DNA from: Gemmatimonadota bacterium
Lineage (GTDB): Bacteria; Gemmatimonadota; Gemmatimonadetes; Palauibacterales; KS3-K002
Assembly (NCBI GenBank): GCA_020350785.1
Contig: CP070722.1
Location: 1,668,611 to 1,732,610, forward strand
DNA: 64,000 bases
Reading direction: 5' to 3'
Part shown: in pieces, positions 27,567 through 36,921 of the stretch
Layout: each line of letters begins with the position of its first letter
Numbering within the stretch: the first letter of the stretch is position 1
The notes under the pieces: generated by a model
What the model was told of the DNA's origin: nothing
Databases searched by the model: none
The model's input: the letters and a program-made list of their open reading frames with translations, nothing else
Program-made: the position numbers and the translations under genes

Positions 27567-28697
27567 ATGACCATGATTCGTTTCGAGATGGCTGACTCGA
27601 GTGCACGACATGCCAAGATGCGAGTCATCGGAATCGGGGGCGGTGGTAACAACGCTGTCGATCGGATGATCCAGGAGGATCTGCCGGGCGTCGACTTTGT
27701 GGCCGTGAACACGGACAGCCAGGCACTGAGCAATTGCCGGGCGTCGATTAAGATTCAGATCGGCAAGAAGCTGACCCGCGGCTTGGGCGCGGGAGCTCGG
27801 CCCGAGATTGGACGGCAGGCGATAGAAGAAAACAAGCAGGAGGTCGTTGAAGTCCTGCGCGGCGCTGACATGGTATTTGTTACGGCGGGTCTAGGCGGCG
27901 GTACCGGCACGGGTGCGGCCCCGATCGTGGGGCAGTTGGCCCGTGAGCTCGGCGCTCTGAGCATCGCGATAGTGACGAAGCCGTTCGAGTTCGAGGGTAA
28001 GAAGCGCATGCACCAGGCAGAGATCGGCTTGGCCGAGATTCGCAGGGCCGTTGACACGGTGATAGTCGTACCCAACCAGAGGCTCTTGTCCGTCGTCGGG
28101 AAAGGGACGAGTTTCCGTGAGGCCCTCAAGAAGGCCGACGAGGTGTTGTTGCAGGCCACTAGGGGCATCTCCGATCTGATCAGCGTGACCGGGGATGTGA
28201 ATGTCGATTTCGCCGACGTCCGCACAGTGATGGCGAATCGGGGGCCGGCACTGATGGGCACGGGCTGTGCGAAAGGAGAGAACCGCGCGCAGGAAGCGGC
28301 GCAAGAAGCAATCTCGTCACCGCTGCTCGACGATATCTCGATTAGCGGCGCCAAGGCTGTGCTGATCAACATCACGGGTGGTCCCGATCTGACGATCGAT
28401 GAGGTCACCACCATCAGCACGGTCATCGGAGAGGCGGCTGGCGATGAGGCCGAGATCATCTTCGGTACGGTGCACGATGCAACGCTGGAGAACGAGTTGC
28501 GCGTGACGGTGATCGCTACCGGCTTCGAGCCCGCCGATGTGAGTGCCTCGGCGGCCGTGCTCCGGCCGGCGTTTGGGGCCAAGAAGTCTAGCCGTCAAGT
28601 GAGCGTGCCGGTGGGCGACCGGAGCGTGATACCGTTGGAATTCACGGATCCGCGCGAGCTCGAAATCCCGACGTTCATTCGACGTCAGATGGACTGA
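27567..28697 (+). CDS. ftsZ: Cell division GTPase FtsZ
   Basis: GIGGGGNNAV, tubulin signature GLGGGTGTGAAP, NTDxQAL. GGGGAGGGG SD is 3 nt upstream. Confidence 0.95.
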   Translation: MTMIRFEMADSSARHAKMRVIGIGGGGNNAVDRMIQEDLPGVDFVAVNTDSQALSNCRASIKIQIGKKLTRGLGAGARPEIGRQAIEENKQEVVEVLRGADMVFVTAGLGGGTGTGAAPIVGQLARELGALSIAIVTKPFEFEGKKRMHQAEIGLAEIRRAVDTVIVVPNQRLLSVVGKGTSFREALKKADEVLLQATRGISDLISVTGDVNVDFADVRTVMANRGPALMGTGCAKGENRAQEAAQEAISSPLLDDISISGAKAVLINITGGPDLTIDEVTTISTVIGEAAGDEAEIIFGTVHDATLENELRVTVIATGFEPADVSASAAVLRPAFGAKKSSRQVSVPVGDRSVIPLEFTDPRELEIPTFIRRQMD

Positions 28698-28713
28698 CGG
28701 GGAGGCGCATCAA

Positions 28714-30009
28714 GTGCGACCACCGCTGGATTTGCTGGATAACCGTCCGCCGCCGAGCCGAGGGAACAGTCGAGGTTTGCTCGTGTTCGCCGTCCTGTTC
28801 ACAGGCGGCCTGACTCTCATTCTGGGCCGGCCGGCAAGCTCCCAGAAGCTCGCTTCACTGCCGGCCATAGTAGTCTCGAGCGGAGAAGCGGAGTATCGAA
28901 CCGAGACGGATACGCTGCGACGCGGCGAGGTGTTGGCGCAGGTATTGGCACGTCAGTCGTTGAGCCCGAACCAGACCGCTGAAGCCGTCGAGGCGTTGAG
29001 CGCCTACGCAAACCCGCGCAGGCTCCGGGCAGGCGTGGCAGTCCAGGTTAGCCGCACGGCTTGGGATAGCCTAGTTGATGTCACGGTGCATGTGGATCCG
29101 GATAGACTTGTTCGACTCGTGCCAAATGGAACGGGCTGGGGGGCTGAGCTTAGCGAACTGACCGTGACTGTCGATACGATGGTGGTGGCGGGAGTGATCG
29201 AGAGCAGTCTCTACAACTCGGTGATGGATTTGCCGCTAGTCGGGCTGAGCGCCCAAGAGCGTATCGAGCAGATGATGTGGGGCATCTATGATCCGTTCCA
29301 ATGGAGTATCGACTTTGGGTTAGACATAAGATCTGGCGACCGATATCGCGCTGTATATGAGCGGCATGTCCGGCCCGACGGCTCTGTGCGCTATGGCAAG
29401 GTACTGGCGGCTGAGTTCGTCAACCGGGGGAAGATCTATCGAGCTTACTGGTATCCCGAACGGGAAGAGTATTTCGACGAGGACGGCGGCTCGATGAGGC
29501 GGGTCTTCCTGAAGGCGCCAGTCGACTTTCGGCGCATCTCCTCCCGATTCAGCAAGCGTCGCTACCATCCCAAGCTTGGCGTCTACCGCGCGCACCTGGG
29601 TACGGACTATGCCGCGGACACCGGCACGCAGGTCTTTTCCACGGCTGATGGAACGGTCACACGGGCCGATTGGTGGGGAGGTTACGGACGCCTTGTCGAA
29701 ATCCGCCATGTCAACGGCTACCGAACGAGATACGGGCATCTCAGCGCTATCACGCGTGGCATCAAGGCTGGGGTGAAAGTACGTCAGGGCCAGGTAATAG
29801 GCCGAGTCGGATCTTCCGGGTTGGCAACCGGCCCGCACTTGCATTACGAGATGCTTCACAACGGCAAGCAGATCGATGCGCGGGCCGTGAATCTGCCGTC
29901 GGGCGAACCCGTGGCCAGCGATCACCTCGCTGAATTCAGACGGCAGCGCGAGAGGTTGGTCAGCTACTTGCGCCGAGCTGAGGAGACCGGCGGCCGGTTG
30001 GTGGATTAG
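28714..30009 (+). CDS. M23 family (LytM-type) metallopeptidase
   Basis: HLGTDYAADTGTQVFSTADGTV...GHLS...GRVGSSGLATGPHLHYEM are the HxxxD...HxH M23 motifs. N-terminal TM. GTG start with GGGGAGG SD. Confidence 0.85.
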   Translation: MRPPLDLLDNRPPPSRGNSRGLLVFAVLFTGGLTLILGRPASSQKLASLPAIVVSSGEAEYRTETDTLRRGEVLAQVLARQSLSPNQTAEAVEALSAYANPRRLRAGVAVQVSRTAWDSLVDVTVHVDPDRLVRLVPNGTGWGAELSELTVTVDTMVVAGVIESSLYNSVMDLPLVGLSAQERIEQMMWGIYDPFQWSIDFGLDIRSGDRYRAVYERHVRPDGSVRYGKVLAAEFVNRGKIYRAYWYPEREEYFDEDGGSMRRVFLKAPVDFRRISSRFSKRRYHPKLGVYRAHLGTDYAADTGTQVFSTADGTVTRADWWGGYGRLVEIRHVNGYRTRYGHLSAITRGIKAGVKVRQGQVIGRVGSSGLATGPHLHYEMLHNGKQIDARAVNLPSGEPVASDHLAEFRRQRERLVSYLRRAEETGGRLVD

Positions 30010-30025
30010 CCGAGGAACGGCTTGC

Positions 30026-30868
30026 TTGATTAGGCGGGATCCCACTGAGCGTGGCGGGACGGACTCGCACCAGGCCGATATCTCGAATTCGCGCTCGCCC
30101 TCCAAGACTGCCCACGGTTCCAAGAACTCTTGGATTGCGACGACCCGGGCATTGCTCTCCAGTTGGTCGCTGCGCCTCGGCCTGCTCTTGCTGTTGCCGA
30201 TCCTCATCTACGTACCGTGGCGCCAGAAGTTCGAGTGGCGAATAGGCGAGAGCGATGTGGTATCGGTTCGGGCGGTGCGTCACAGGTTCCTTTGGGATCC
30301 GCCCTGGAACTCGCAGCTAGACGTTTTCCGCCTGTTGGTTGAATTGGCGGCCCTGGTTGCGCTGGTGATGCTGGCCTACCTGTATGAACGGAGTATGCGG
30401 CACACCCGCAGATCGGCGAAAACCGAACAGGTCTACAGCGAGCAAGACTGGCAAGAGGAACTCCGACGACACAGTGAAGGTCGGCCGCCCAGCGCCTGTC
30501 CTGCCTGCGGGCGGACGGGCTTCTACGGCCCGCGCGATGATCCAGCGGGCCAGCATCTCCGGCATTGCAGCTTTTGCGGGTTTCAGCAGCGTGTCGGGGG
30601 CGAGCCGACGCGCTTGATACCTTGCGTACACGACTGCGACAAAGTGGTATGGATAGCGGGTGCCCCACAGATAGCCTGGGTCGACCCGGGGCAGGAGGTT
30701 TACGAGTGCGAGTTCTGTGGCGGTCGTGCTGACGTGCAGGCGTGCACGGTGGCGAGCCCCGGCGATGATCCGGCGCATCCGTGGTGGGACGTTCCTCAGA
30801 ACCTGTCGCACGAAGACTACATCAGATTTTGGCTGAGAAACGGTGCACCGGGCCGGGTTTACCACTGA
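30026..30868 (+). CDS. Hypothetical membrane protein with four CxxC pairs (putative zinc-ribbon domain)
   Basis: Two hydrophobic helices (LGLLLLLPILIYVPW; LVELAALVALVMLAYLY), then CPACGRTGFYG...HCSFCGF...CVHDCD...CEFCGG. TTG start directly after the M23 gene; the true start is uncertain. I prefer this strand over antisense ORFs 30317-30985(-) and 30204-30668(-). Confidence 0.4.
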   Translation: MIRRDPTERGGTDSHQADISNSRSPSKTAHGSKNSWIATTRALLSSWSLRLGLLLLLPILIYVPWRQKFEWRIGESDVVSVRAVRHRFLWDPPWNSQLDVFRLLVELAALVALVMLAYLYERSMRHTRRSAKTEQVYSEQDWQEELRRHSEGRPPSACPACGRTGFYGPRDDPAGQHLRHCSFCGFQQRVGGEPTRLIPCVHDCDKVVWIAGAPQIAWVDPGQEVYECEFCGGRADVQACTVASPGDDPAHPWWDVPQNLSHEDYIRFWLRNGAPGRVYH

Positions 30869-30904
30869 CAAAAATTCACACGAGATGGGCAGGACGACCA
30901 GAAC

Positions 30905-32851
30905 GTGACGCTGTTGAAGTCGGCACTCTTCATTCTTGGGACCGGGTCGATCATCTACTTCGTGCGTTGGTGGTATCGCGCACATGAGGAGCCGGTGCGA
31001 GGCCGCGTCTGGGCGGCCGGATTGCGCTCGGCCGCCATCTGTTTCGCTTATCTCATCCTGTTGAATCCGACCGTTTCGACGAGACAGCCGACTGGGGAAC
31101 GGGAACAGGCGGTCCTCCTGGATGCCTCTTTGAGCATGTCAGGTCGCCTGGGCCCCGGTCCGACGAGCGTCTGGCAGGCTGCAGCGGAGTCGGCGGGCCG
31201 GGTCGACGGCGTGTGGCTGTTCGGTGGTGAGGTGCCGGCGCATTCGTCAAAGGATTCCCTGCCGCCCGAACCGTTCTTCACAGAGTCGCGGTTGGCGCCG
31301 GCGGTACGCACGGCAGCCACCTCGGCGGTGAGCCTGGTCGCTTACACCGATGGGCGGATTAGCGATATAAGCACAAGCCTGGAAGAAGCACGCCGGCGCG
31401 GTGTCGGCCTCCAGATCGTGGTTCTCGGCACGGAGTATCCGGGAATTGGCATCTCCGAGTTGTCAGCGCCGACCTGGGCCGAGCTGGGCGATACGGTCGT
31501 CGTCCGGGCAGAGATTGTAGCCCGGATGGCTGAGCGCGAGAGCGTGACCGTCGAGATCGTGGATGAGGCGGAACGGGTCCAGGCTGCCCTGAGTGTGCGT
31601 GTTCCGGCGGGCACTCGCTTCAGTCCCGCGCACCTCGCCTTGCCGGTTTCGGGCGCCGTGGGCATGCGCCGCTACAGCGCGCGGTTGCGCGGCGAGGAGC
31701 TCGATCTTGAAGGCCGCGACAACGCTCGCACCTTCTATATCGACCTCCAGGCAAGGCCGCTTGGCCCCGTGCTCGTCTCGCTGACCCCGGATTGGGAGGC
31801 TTCCTTTCTGCTATCCAGTCTGGAGCGCCTGTCCGAGGCGCCAGTCCACGCCTACGTCTGGCTGGCGGACAGTCTGGTGGATATGAGCGACTACACACCG
31901 GCCTCTCAGACCCAAGTGATCCGCCGAGCCCGAGAGGCGCCACTTCTGGTTCTGCAAGGCTACGGGGCCGGGTCGCCCGCTTGGGTGCAAAGCCTGGCGC
32001 AAAGCGCTCGGCGACTCCTGGTACTGCCCGCGGGCGCGCAGCCCTTCGAGCTTCCCGGCTGGGGAGTGCGGATCGGCCCGCCGGCCTCCGGGGAGTGGTA
32101 CGTGGCTGGAGAGTTGCCGTCTTCTCCTTTGGCTCTTGACGTGGGAGGTTACCCGATCGATGCGCTGGCGCCCGTGCTTCGCGTGAGGAGGATCTCGGTG
32201 GACGGTGCGGCCTGGCCGGTGTTGAACCTGCAGCTACTCAGACGCGGCGGGCCGTTGCCGGCCCTGCTGGCGGGTCGCTCGGACGGGCGTCGCTGGGCCG
32301 TGGCCAGCGGCGAAGGGTACTGGCGTTGGGCATTCAGACCCGGTCCGAGTCGCCAGCTCTACCGGGCCCTCTGGACTGCCGTGGCGGGGTGGCTGATGGA
32401 AGGCGAGCGTGTCGCCGATTCGAGTCTGAAGCCGCTGGAGACAGTCGTGAGCCGAGGCGAGTCGATAGAGTGGCTGACAGCGCCGAGTCTGGATTCTATG
32501 TCGGTAGAGGTGCGAGAAACGGAGGGTGCTGTGGTCTGGTCGGGTTCGGCGTTGGAAGAGGACTCGCTTGAAGTCGCCCTTCCCCCGGGCCGCTACGTCT
32601 ACCGGGCGCAGGCCTGGCGCGGTGGGGCAGCAGTGTCTTCCGCGCAAGGCCCGGTTGAAGTCGAAGAGTTTTCCCGCGAATTCCTACCGGGCGCCAGCGT
32701 GACTGCGGACTCGACGGCAGCCACCTTCGTGGCGGGTGAGAGCGCAGAGGCGCACGGCAGGGGACTCGCTACGCTTGGCTGGCCCTACCTGTTGCTGATG
32801 GCGCTCTTTTCGGCCGAGTGGGTGGTACGGCGCCTGAGCGGGCTGCGTTGA
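30905..32851 (+). CDS. BatA-like membrane protein with vWA (MIDAS) motif (orphan paralog of gene 55691-57991)
   Basis: N-terminal TM pair (FILGTGSIIYFVRWW; AAICFAYLILLNP), LLDASLSMSG MIDAS-like DxSxS, and a C-terminal anchor PYLLLMALFSAEWVVRRLSG that closely mirrors the C-terminus of gene 55691-57991 (LLLIGLVSAEWGYRRSRG). Confidence 0.6.
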   Translation: MTLLKSALFILGTGSIIYFVRWWYRAHEEPVRGRVWAAGLRSAAICFAYLILLNPTVSTRQPTGEREQAVLLDASLSMSGRLGPGPTSVWQAAAESAGRVDGVWLFGGEVPAHSSKDSLPPEPFFTESRLAPAVRTAATSAVSLVAYTDGRISDISTSLEEARRRGVGLQIVVLGTEYPGIGISELSAPTWAELGDTVVVRAEIVARMAERESVTVEIVDEAERVQAALSVRVPAGTRFSPAHLALPVSGAVGMRRYSARLRGEELDLEGRDNARTFYIDLQARPLGPVLVSLTPDWEASFLLSSLERLSEAPVHAYVWLADSLVDMSDYTPASQTQVIRRAREAPLLVLQGYGAGSPAWVQSLAQSARRLLVLPAGAQPFELPGWGVRIGPPASGEWYVAGELPSSPLALDVGGYPIDALAPVLRVRRISVDGAAWPVLNLQLLRRGGPLPALLAGRSDGRRWAVASGEGYWRWAFRPGPSRQLYRALWTAVAGWLMEGERVADSSLKPLETVVSRGESIEWLTAPSLDSMSVEVRETEGAVVWSGSALEEDSLEVALPPGRYVYRAQAWRGGAAVSSAQGPVEVEEFSREFLPGASVTADSTAATFVAGESAEAHGRGLATLGWPYLLLMALFSAEWVVRRLSGLR

Positions 32852-32867
32852 GTGGAGTTGGGCGCGA

Positions 32868-34949
32868 ATGAGTGGCACATCGATACTCGACCGACCGGTT
32901 CAGTACCTGAAGGGTGTGGGTCCGCGCCGCGCTGAAGCGTTAGGCAAGCTGGGCATAACGCGGGCGCGTGACCTGCTCCGGCACGCTCCCCACCGTTATC
33001 TCGATGCTACGACGGTGACGCCGATTGCCCGGTTGGCGCCGGGGATGGAGGGCACGGCGATCGGTGACGTCGTGTCAAAAGGCGTCATTCCGACGCGCAA
33101 GGGCCTGCGCCTCTTTCAGGCGGTCATTCGGGACTCCTCGGGGCTGATCGAGTGTTCGTGGCCGGGCCAGCCCTTCCTCGACCGAACGATTCGCAAGGGC
33201 GACACTCTCCTAGTCGCCGGCCCGGTGCGCTTTTTCCACGGCAGGCAAATCCAGCCGCGTGAGTTCACGGTCCTGGCGCGGGCCGGTGACTCGGCCGATG
33301 AGGAGGGAACCGTGTTCCCGGTCTATCCGGCGACGGCGAATCTGACCCATCGGCAGATCCGCCGAATAGTGCAGGAGAATCTGGACGGGCTACTCGCAGC
33401 CGCCGAACAGGAGGAGTCCGTTGTCAGTGAGGGCTTACGACGTGAACATGGATTAGCCACTCTGAGAGAGGCGCTGGAGTGGCTGCACAGACCGCCTACG
33501 TTGGCGCATGCGGAGGAAGCGCGTCGGCGCCTGGCCTTCGAAGAGCTCTTTGTCCTTCAGGTGCTCTACGCGCGTGCCCGCTACGAGAACCGTGAGAGTC
33601 GCCGGGGTGTGGCGTTCGAGCGCAAGAACTCCCTCGTCGGGCCGTTCTCGAAGGCGCTTCCTTTTCAACTCACTGCTGCCCAGAAGAAGGTATTGGCGGA
33701 AATCTCGAAGGACATGTCGAAGCCTCAACCGATGAACCGCCTGCTGCAAGGAGACGTTGGCAGCGGCAAGACCGTGGTGGCTGTGTTCGCGATGCTGCGA
33801 GCCATCGAGAACGGCTACCAGGCCGCTTTGATGGCGCCTACCGAACTTCTGGCCGAGCAACACTTCGCGACGATCCAGCAACTGCTGACCGAGCTTCCCG
33901 TTCGTACGGGCTTGCTGCGTGGTGGGCTCAAAACGTCTGAGCGGCGCGCTGTATTGGAGGAGGTAGCCAGCGGCGAAGCACAACTAATAATAGGGACACA
34001 CGCTCTGATTCAGGAGAGCGTCGAGTTTCAGCGCCTCGGGCTCGCCGTCATCGATGAGCAGCATCGCTTCGGCGTTCGACAGCGGATGAAGCTGCGGCGC
34101 GCTGGTGCGGATCCAGATGTTCTCGTCATGTCGGCGACACCGATCCCGCGATCCCTGGCCCTGACATTCTACGGAGACCTCGATATCTCGGTCCTCGACG
34201 AGCTGCCGCCGGGCCGCCGTCCCGTGCGGACGGTGCTTCGCCGAGCGAGCGCAAGGTCGCGAGTCTTCGAGTTCCTGCGGGCCGAGGTGGCATCGGGCCG
34301 TCAGGCATATGTGGTCTATCCAGTCATCGAGGAATCAGAGACGCTGGATGTGCGCTCGGCGACGGAGGCTTTTGAGCATCTCTCGAAAGAGGTGCTAGCG
34401 GATCTCAGGGTCGGGCTGATCCATGGTCGTCTACCGAGCGATCAGAAAGACGATATCATGCGGCTGTTCGTGTGCGGGGAGATCGATGCGCTGGTTTCCA
34501 CGACGGTGATCGAGGTTGGCATCGATGTTCCGAATGCAAGCGTCATGATCGTGGAGGGGGCGGAGCGGTTCGGCCTCTCACAGCTACACCAGCTACGGGG
34601 CCGGGTCGGGAGGGGCGGGGCTCAGAGCTACTGCATCGTTCTCTACGTCGGCGCGGAGCCGCCGGAGCGACTGGCGATCTTCGCCTCCACCAACGACGGG
34701 TTCGAAATCGCCCGCGCCGACTTACGACTGCGAGGATACGGCGAATTCTTCGGCGCAAAGCAACACGGTCTTCCAGAGTTCACCTTCGCCGATCTCTCCC
34801 GCGATGAGCCACTGCTCCATGCGGCGCGCGATGCTGCAGCGCGCATCATTGGAACCGATCCGCTGTTGGAGCGCCGAGAGCAGCGGGCCTTGAACCAGGC
34901 GTTGCGCAGCGAGTATCGGGAGCGGCTACAGCTTTACGATGTAGGTTGA
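32868..34949 (+). CDS. recG: ATP-dependent DNA helicase RecG
   Basis: N-terminal wedge domain. Helicase motifs LLQGDVGSGKT, DEQHRFG, SATPIPRS, QLHQLRGRVGRG and a RecG-type C-terminus. Confidence 0.9.
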   Translation: MSGTSILDRPVQYLKGVGPRRAEALGKLGITRARDLLRHAPHRYLDATTVTPIARLAPGMEGTAIGDVVSKGVIPTRKGLRLFQAVIRDSSGLIECSWPGQPFLDRTIRKGDTLLVAGPVRFFHGRQIQPREFTVLARAGDSADEEGTVFPVYPATANLTHRQIRRIVQENLDGLLAAAEQEESVVSEGLRREHGLATLREALEWLHRPPTLAHAEEARRRLAFEELFVLQVLYARARYENRESRRGVAFERKNSLVGPFSKALPFQLTAAQKKVLAEISKDMSKPQPMNRLLQGDVGSGKTVVAVFAMLRAIENGYQAALMAPTELLAEQHFATIQQLLTELPVRTGLLRGGLKTSERRAVLEEVASGEAQLIIGTHALIQESVEFQRLGLAVIDEQHRFGVRQRMKLRRAGADPDVLVMSATPIPRSLALTFYGDLDISVLDELPPGRRPVRTVLRRASARSRVFEFLRAEVASGRQAYVVYPVIEESETLDVRSATEAFEHLSKEVLADLRVGLIHGRLPSDQKDDIMRLFVCGEIDALVSTTVIEVGIDVPNASVMIVEGAERFGLSQLHQLRGRVGRGGAQSYCIVLYVGAEPPERLAIFASTNDGFEIARADLRLRGYGEFFGAKQHGLPEFTFADLSRDEPLLHAARDAAARIIGTDPLLERREQRALNQALRSEYRERLQLYDVG

Positions 34950-34991
34950 TCGGAGTCGTATAAGATCATATAATATAACATCTTATGGTGC

Positions 34992-35597
34992 TTACCTGAA
35001 GTAGTACCGGAGAGCCAGTTCACCGGGCTTGGCCGTCAGGCGGACGGCGCTCTTCTCCTCCGGTGGTTCGTAGGGGATGTCGCTGGGCCCACCACGCTTT
35101 TGGAAGTCGACTATGAACAGCAGGACGCTGGCGCCGAAACTTAGCTGGGCGCCGATTAGGCTGGCGCGAGCCTGCCGGTCTTTGGAGACGACGTCCTGGT
35201 AGAGCGATTCGAGGCGTGCATCCTGATAGGATCCGTCGGGGTTAACGGCGCGGCAGTTGGGCGGATCGGCGTTGCAGAGAGCCAGTAGGGCGTCGAAGTC
35301 GTCGTCGGCGCTGCTGCTGATAGAGAAGCCGAGGACGCCGAGCCCGACCGAGGTGGCCAGGGTGATCCATTTGGTGATTCCCACACAGGGTCCGTAGCGG
35401 GGGAGTGGCAGATCGAGTGCGGAGTATGAGACGGTGTCGGCGCTGGGGGAATAGGCGAGCTCTAGAAGCCGATCGTGTTGAGCCACGACGTATTCGCTCG
35501 CCTTGAAGGTGGCAGCGGCGCTGTTCGTTTGAGCGTAGACTGAGGCCACCCCTCGCGCCAACAGGAATACCAGTGAGAGTAGGGTCAGCGATCTCAT
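34992..35597 (-). CDS. Secreted hypothetical protein
   Basis: MRSLTLLSLVFLLARGVASVYAQ is a signal peptide. Convergent with recG; the stop overlaps the start of the next minus-strand gene. Confidence 0.5.
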   Translation of the reverse strand: MRSLTLLSLVFLLARGVASVYAQTNSAAATFKASEYVVAQHDRLLELAYSPSADTVSYSALDLPLPRYGPCVGITKWITLATSVGLGVLGFSISSSADDDFDALLALCNADPPNCRAVNPDGSYQDARLESLYQDVVSKDRQARASLIGAQLSFGASVLLFIVDFQKRGGPSDIPYEPPEEKSAVRLTAKPGELALRYYFR

Positions 35598-36790
35598 CTT
35601 AATTCTGCCATCTTACCGCGATAAGGCGAACCCAGGCCGCCTCCGGCCTTGCCATACATCGACACCAGAATGCGGCCCTGGTGCACGATCACCGGCGTCT
35701 CGATCAGGCCATCGAATTCCACCATCCAGATCGATTCGCCGTCCCGGCCCAGAAAGTGGAGCTTCCCGTCCAGAGTGCCCACCAGCAGTCCATTCCTGAC
35801 CAGCGTCGGGGGGGCGATCACGGCGCCCTTGCACTCAGCGATGACGCGAGCCGCTCCATCCGTGAGGTCAAACGCCAGCACCTGGCCGGTACGCGTCACG
35901 GCGTAGCCGAGGTTCCCGTCGAGCACGGGGCCTGACTGAAAGTTACCAAATCCGGAGATCTGCCACAAAAGCTCGAGGTTCGGGGTAGTCCAGGCGAGCA
36001 GCGACCCATTTTCGGTGGCGAGGAAGACCGTGCTCCCATCGCTCGCGAGCTCGCCGACGGCGATGTCGGGGCCCTGTGCTGCCGCGCGCCGCATTCCGCT
36101 GAAACGGTCAAACAGGTAGAGGCTATCTAGGGCGACTACCACTACCCAGTCGGTCAAAACGAGCGGGCCGGCGCTGGGCGGTCCTCGGAAAGCTGTGGAC
36201 CAAATAGGTTCGCCCTCGGGTGTACGACACCCCGCCGGGTCCTCGGATCGCGAGCAGCGATCGAAGGCGAACAGGCCGCCATTCTCGGTCGCAACAAACA
36301 GAGTGTCGCCGGCCATGGCGAGCGGCGTTCTTACTGAGGCGAACCGCTGCTTCCAGCGGTCGTCGCCCAGGGCGACGTCGAGTGCGCGGAGCTCGCCCAG
36401 GCCCTCGGTCGCCGTATAGATGGCGTCGCCGATGATTATCGGCGAAACGGGAGGGCCTTCTAGACGCTTGCGCCAGAACAAGGACCCGTCCTGGCGGCTG
36501 CGTGCTTCGAGGTAACGGTCGGAGGTAGCGGCGATGATGGCCTCTCCGGCCAGGACGGGCATGCCTTGGATGCCCGAGCCGACTCCCTCCGACCAGACCG
36601 TTGTCGGCTCGGCGGTCGAGAGGCGCTCGGTGCGGAAAGGGGCGCGGGCCATGTTTCCCATGTATACGGGCCAATAGGCACCGGCATCGACGGGCACGGG
36701 ACGGGCTGGCTGGTTGCAGGCGATCGCCGCTACGAGGGTGGCGGCAGCCAAGGCGAGGAGGGTCAGGGGCCGGCGTCTCGGTAAATTGAC
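35594..36790 (-). CDS. PQQ-repeat beta-propeller lipoprotein (BamB-like)
   Basis: A lipobox-like LVAAIAC, then repeated ...G.LY..T.DG.L.A.D...G...W modules typical of PQQ/BamB propellers. The ORF extends to 36928, but the first ~46 aa are non-signal-like, so the start is uncertain and no canonical start codon was found at the signal peptide. Confidence 0.5.
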   Translation of the reverse strand, partial: VNLPRRRPLTLLALAAATLVAAIACNQPARPVPVDAGAYWPVYMGNMARAPFRTERLSTAEPTTVWSEGVGSGIQGMPVLAGEAIIAATSDRYLEARSRQDGSLFWRKRLEGPPVSPIIIGDAIYTATEGLGELRALDVALGDDRWKQRFASVRTPLAMAGDTLFVATENGGLFAFDRCSRSEDPAGCRTPEGEPIWSTAFRGPPSAGPLVLTDWVVVVALDSLYLFDRFSGMRRAAAQGPDIAVGELASDGSTVFLATENGSLLAWTTPNLELLWQISGFGNFQSGPVLDGNLGYAVTRTGQVLAFDLTDGAARVIAECKGAVIAPPTLVRNGLLVGTLDGKLHFLGRDGESIWMVEFDGLIETPVIVHQGRILVSMYGKAGGGLGSPYRGKMAELR

Positions 36791-36921
36791 ACCTCCCCGA
36801 GGCGGATCTATGTTGGCCGCCCGAGCACTGTGGCACTCGCACGAGAAGGGCGGGCGGCGCTCCGCAGGATTGGCGTTTAGGTTGGCAGCGTTTCCTCTCG
36901 TCACCTCGAGACTCCGACTAG

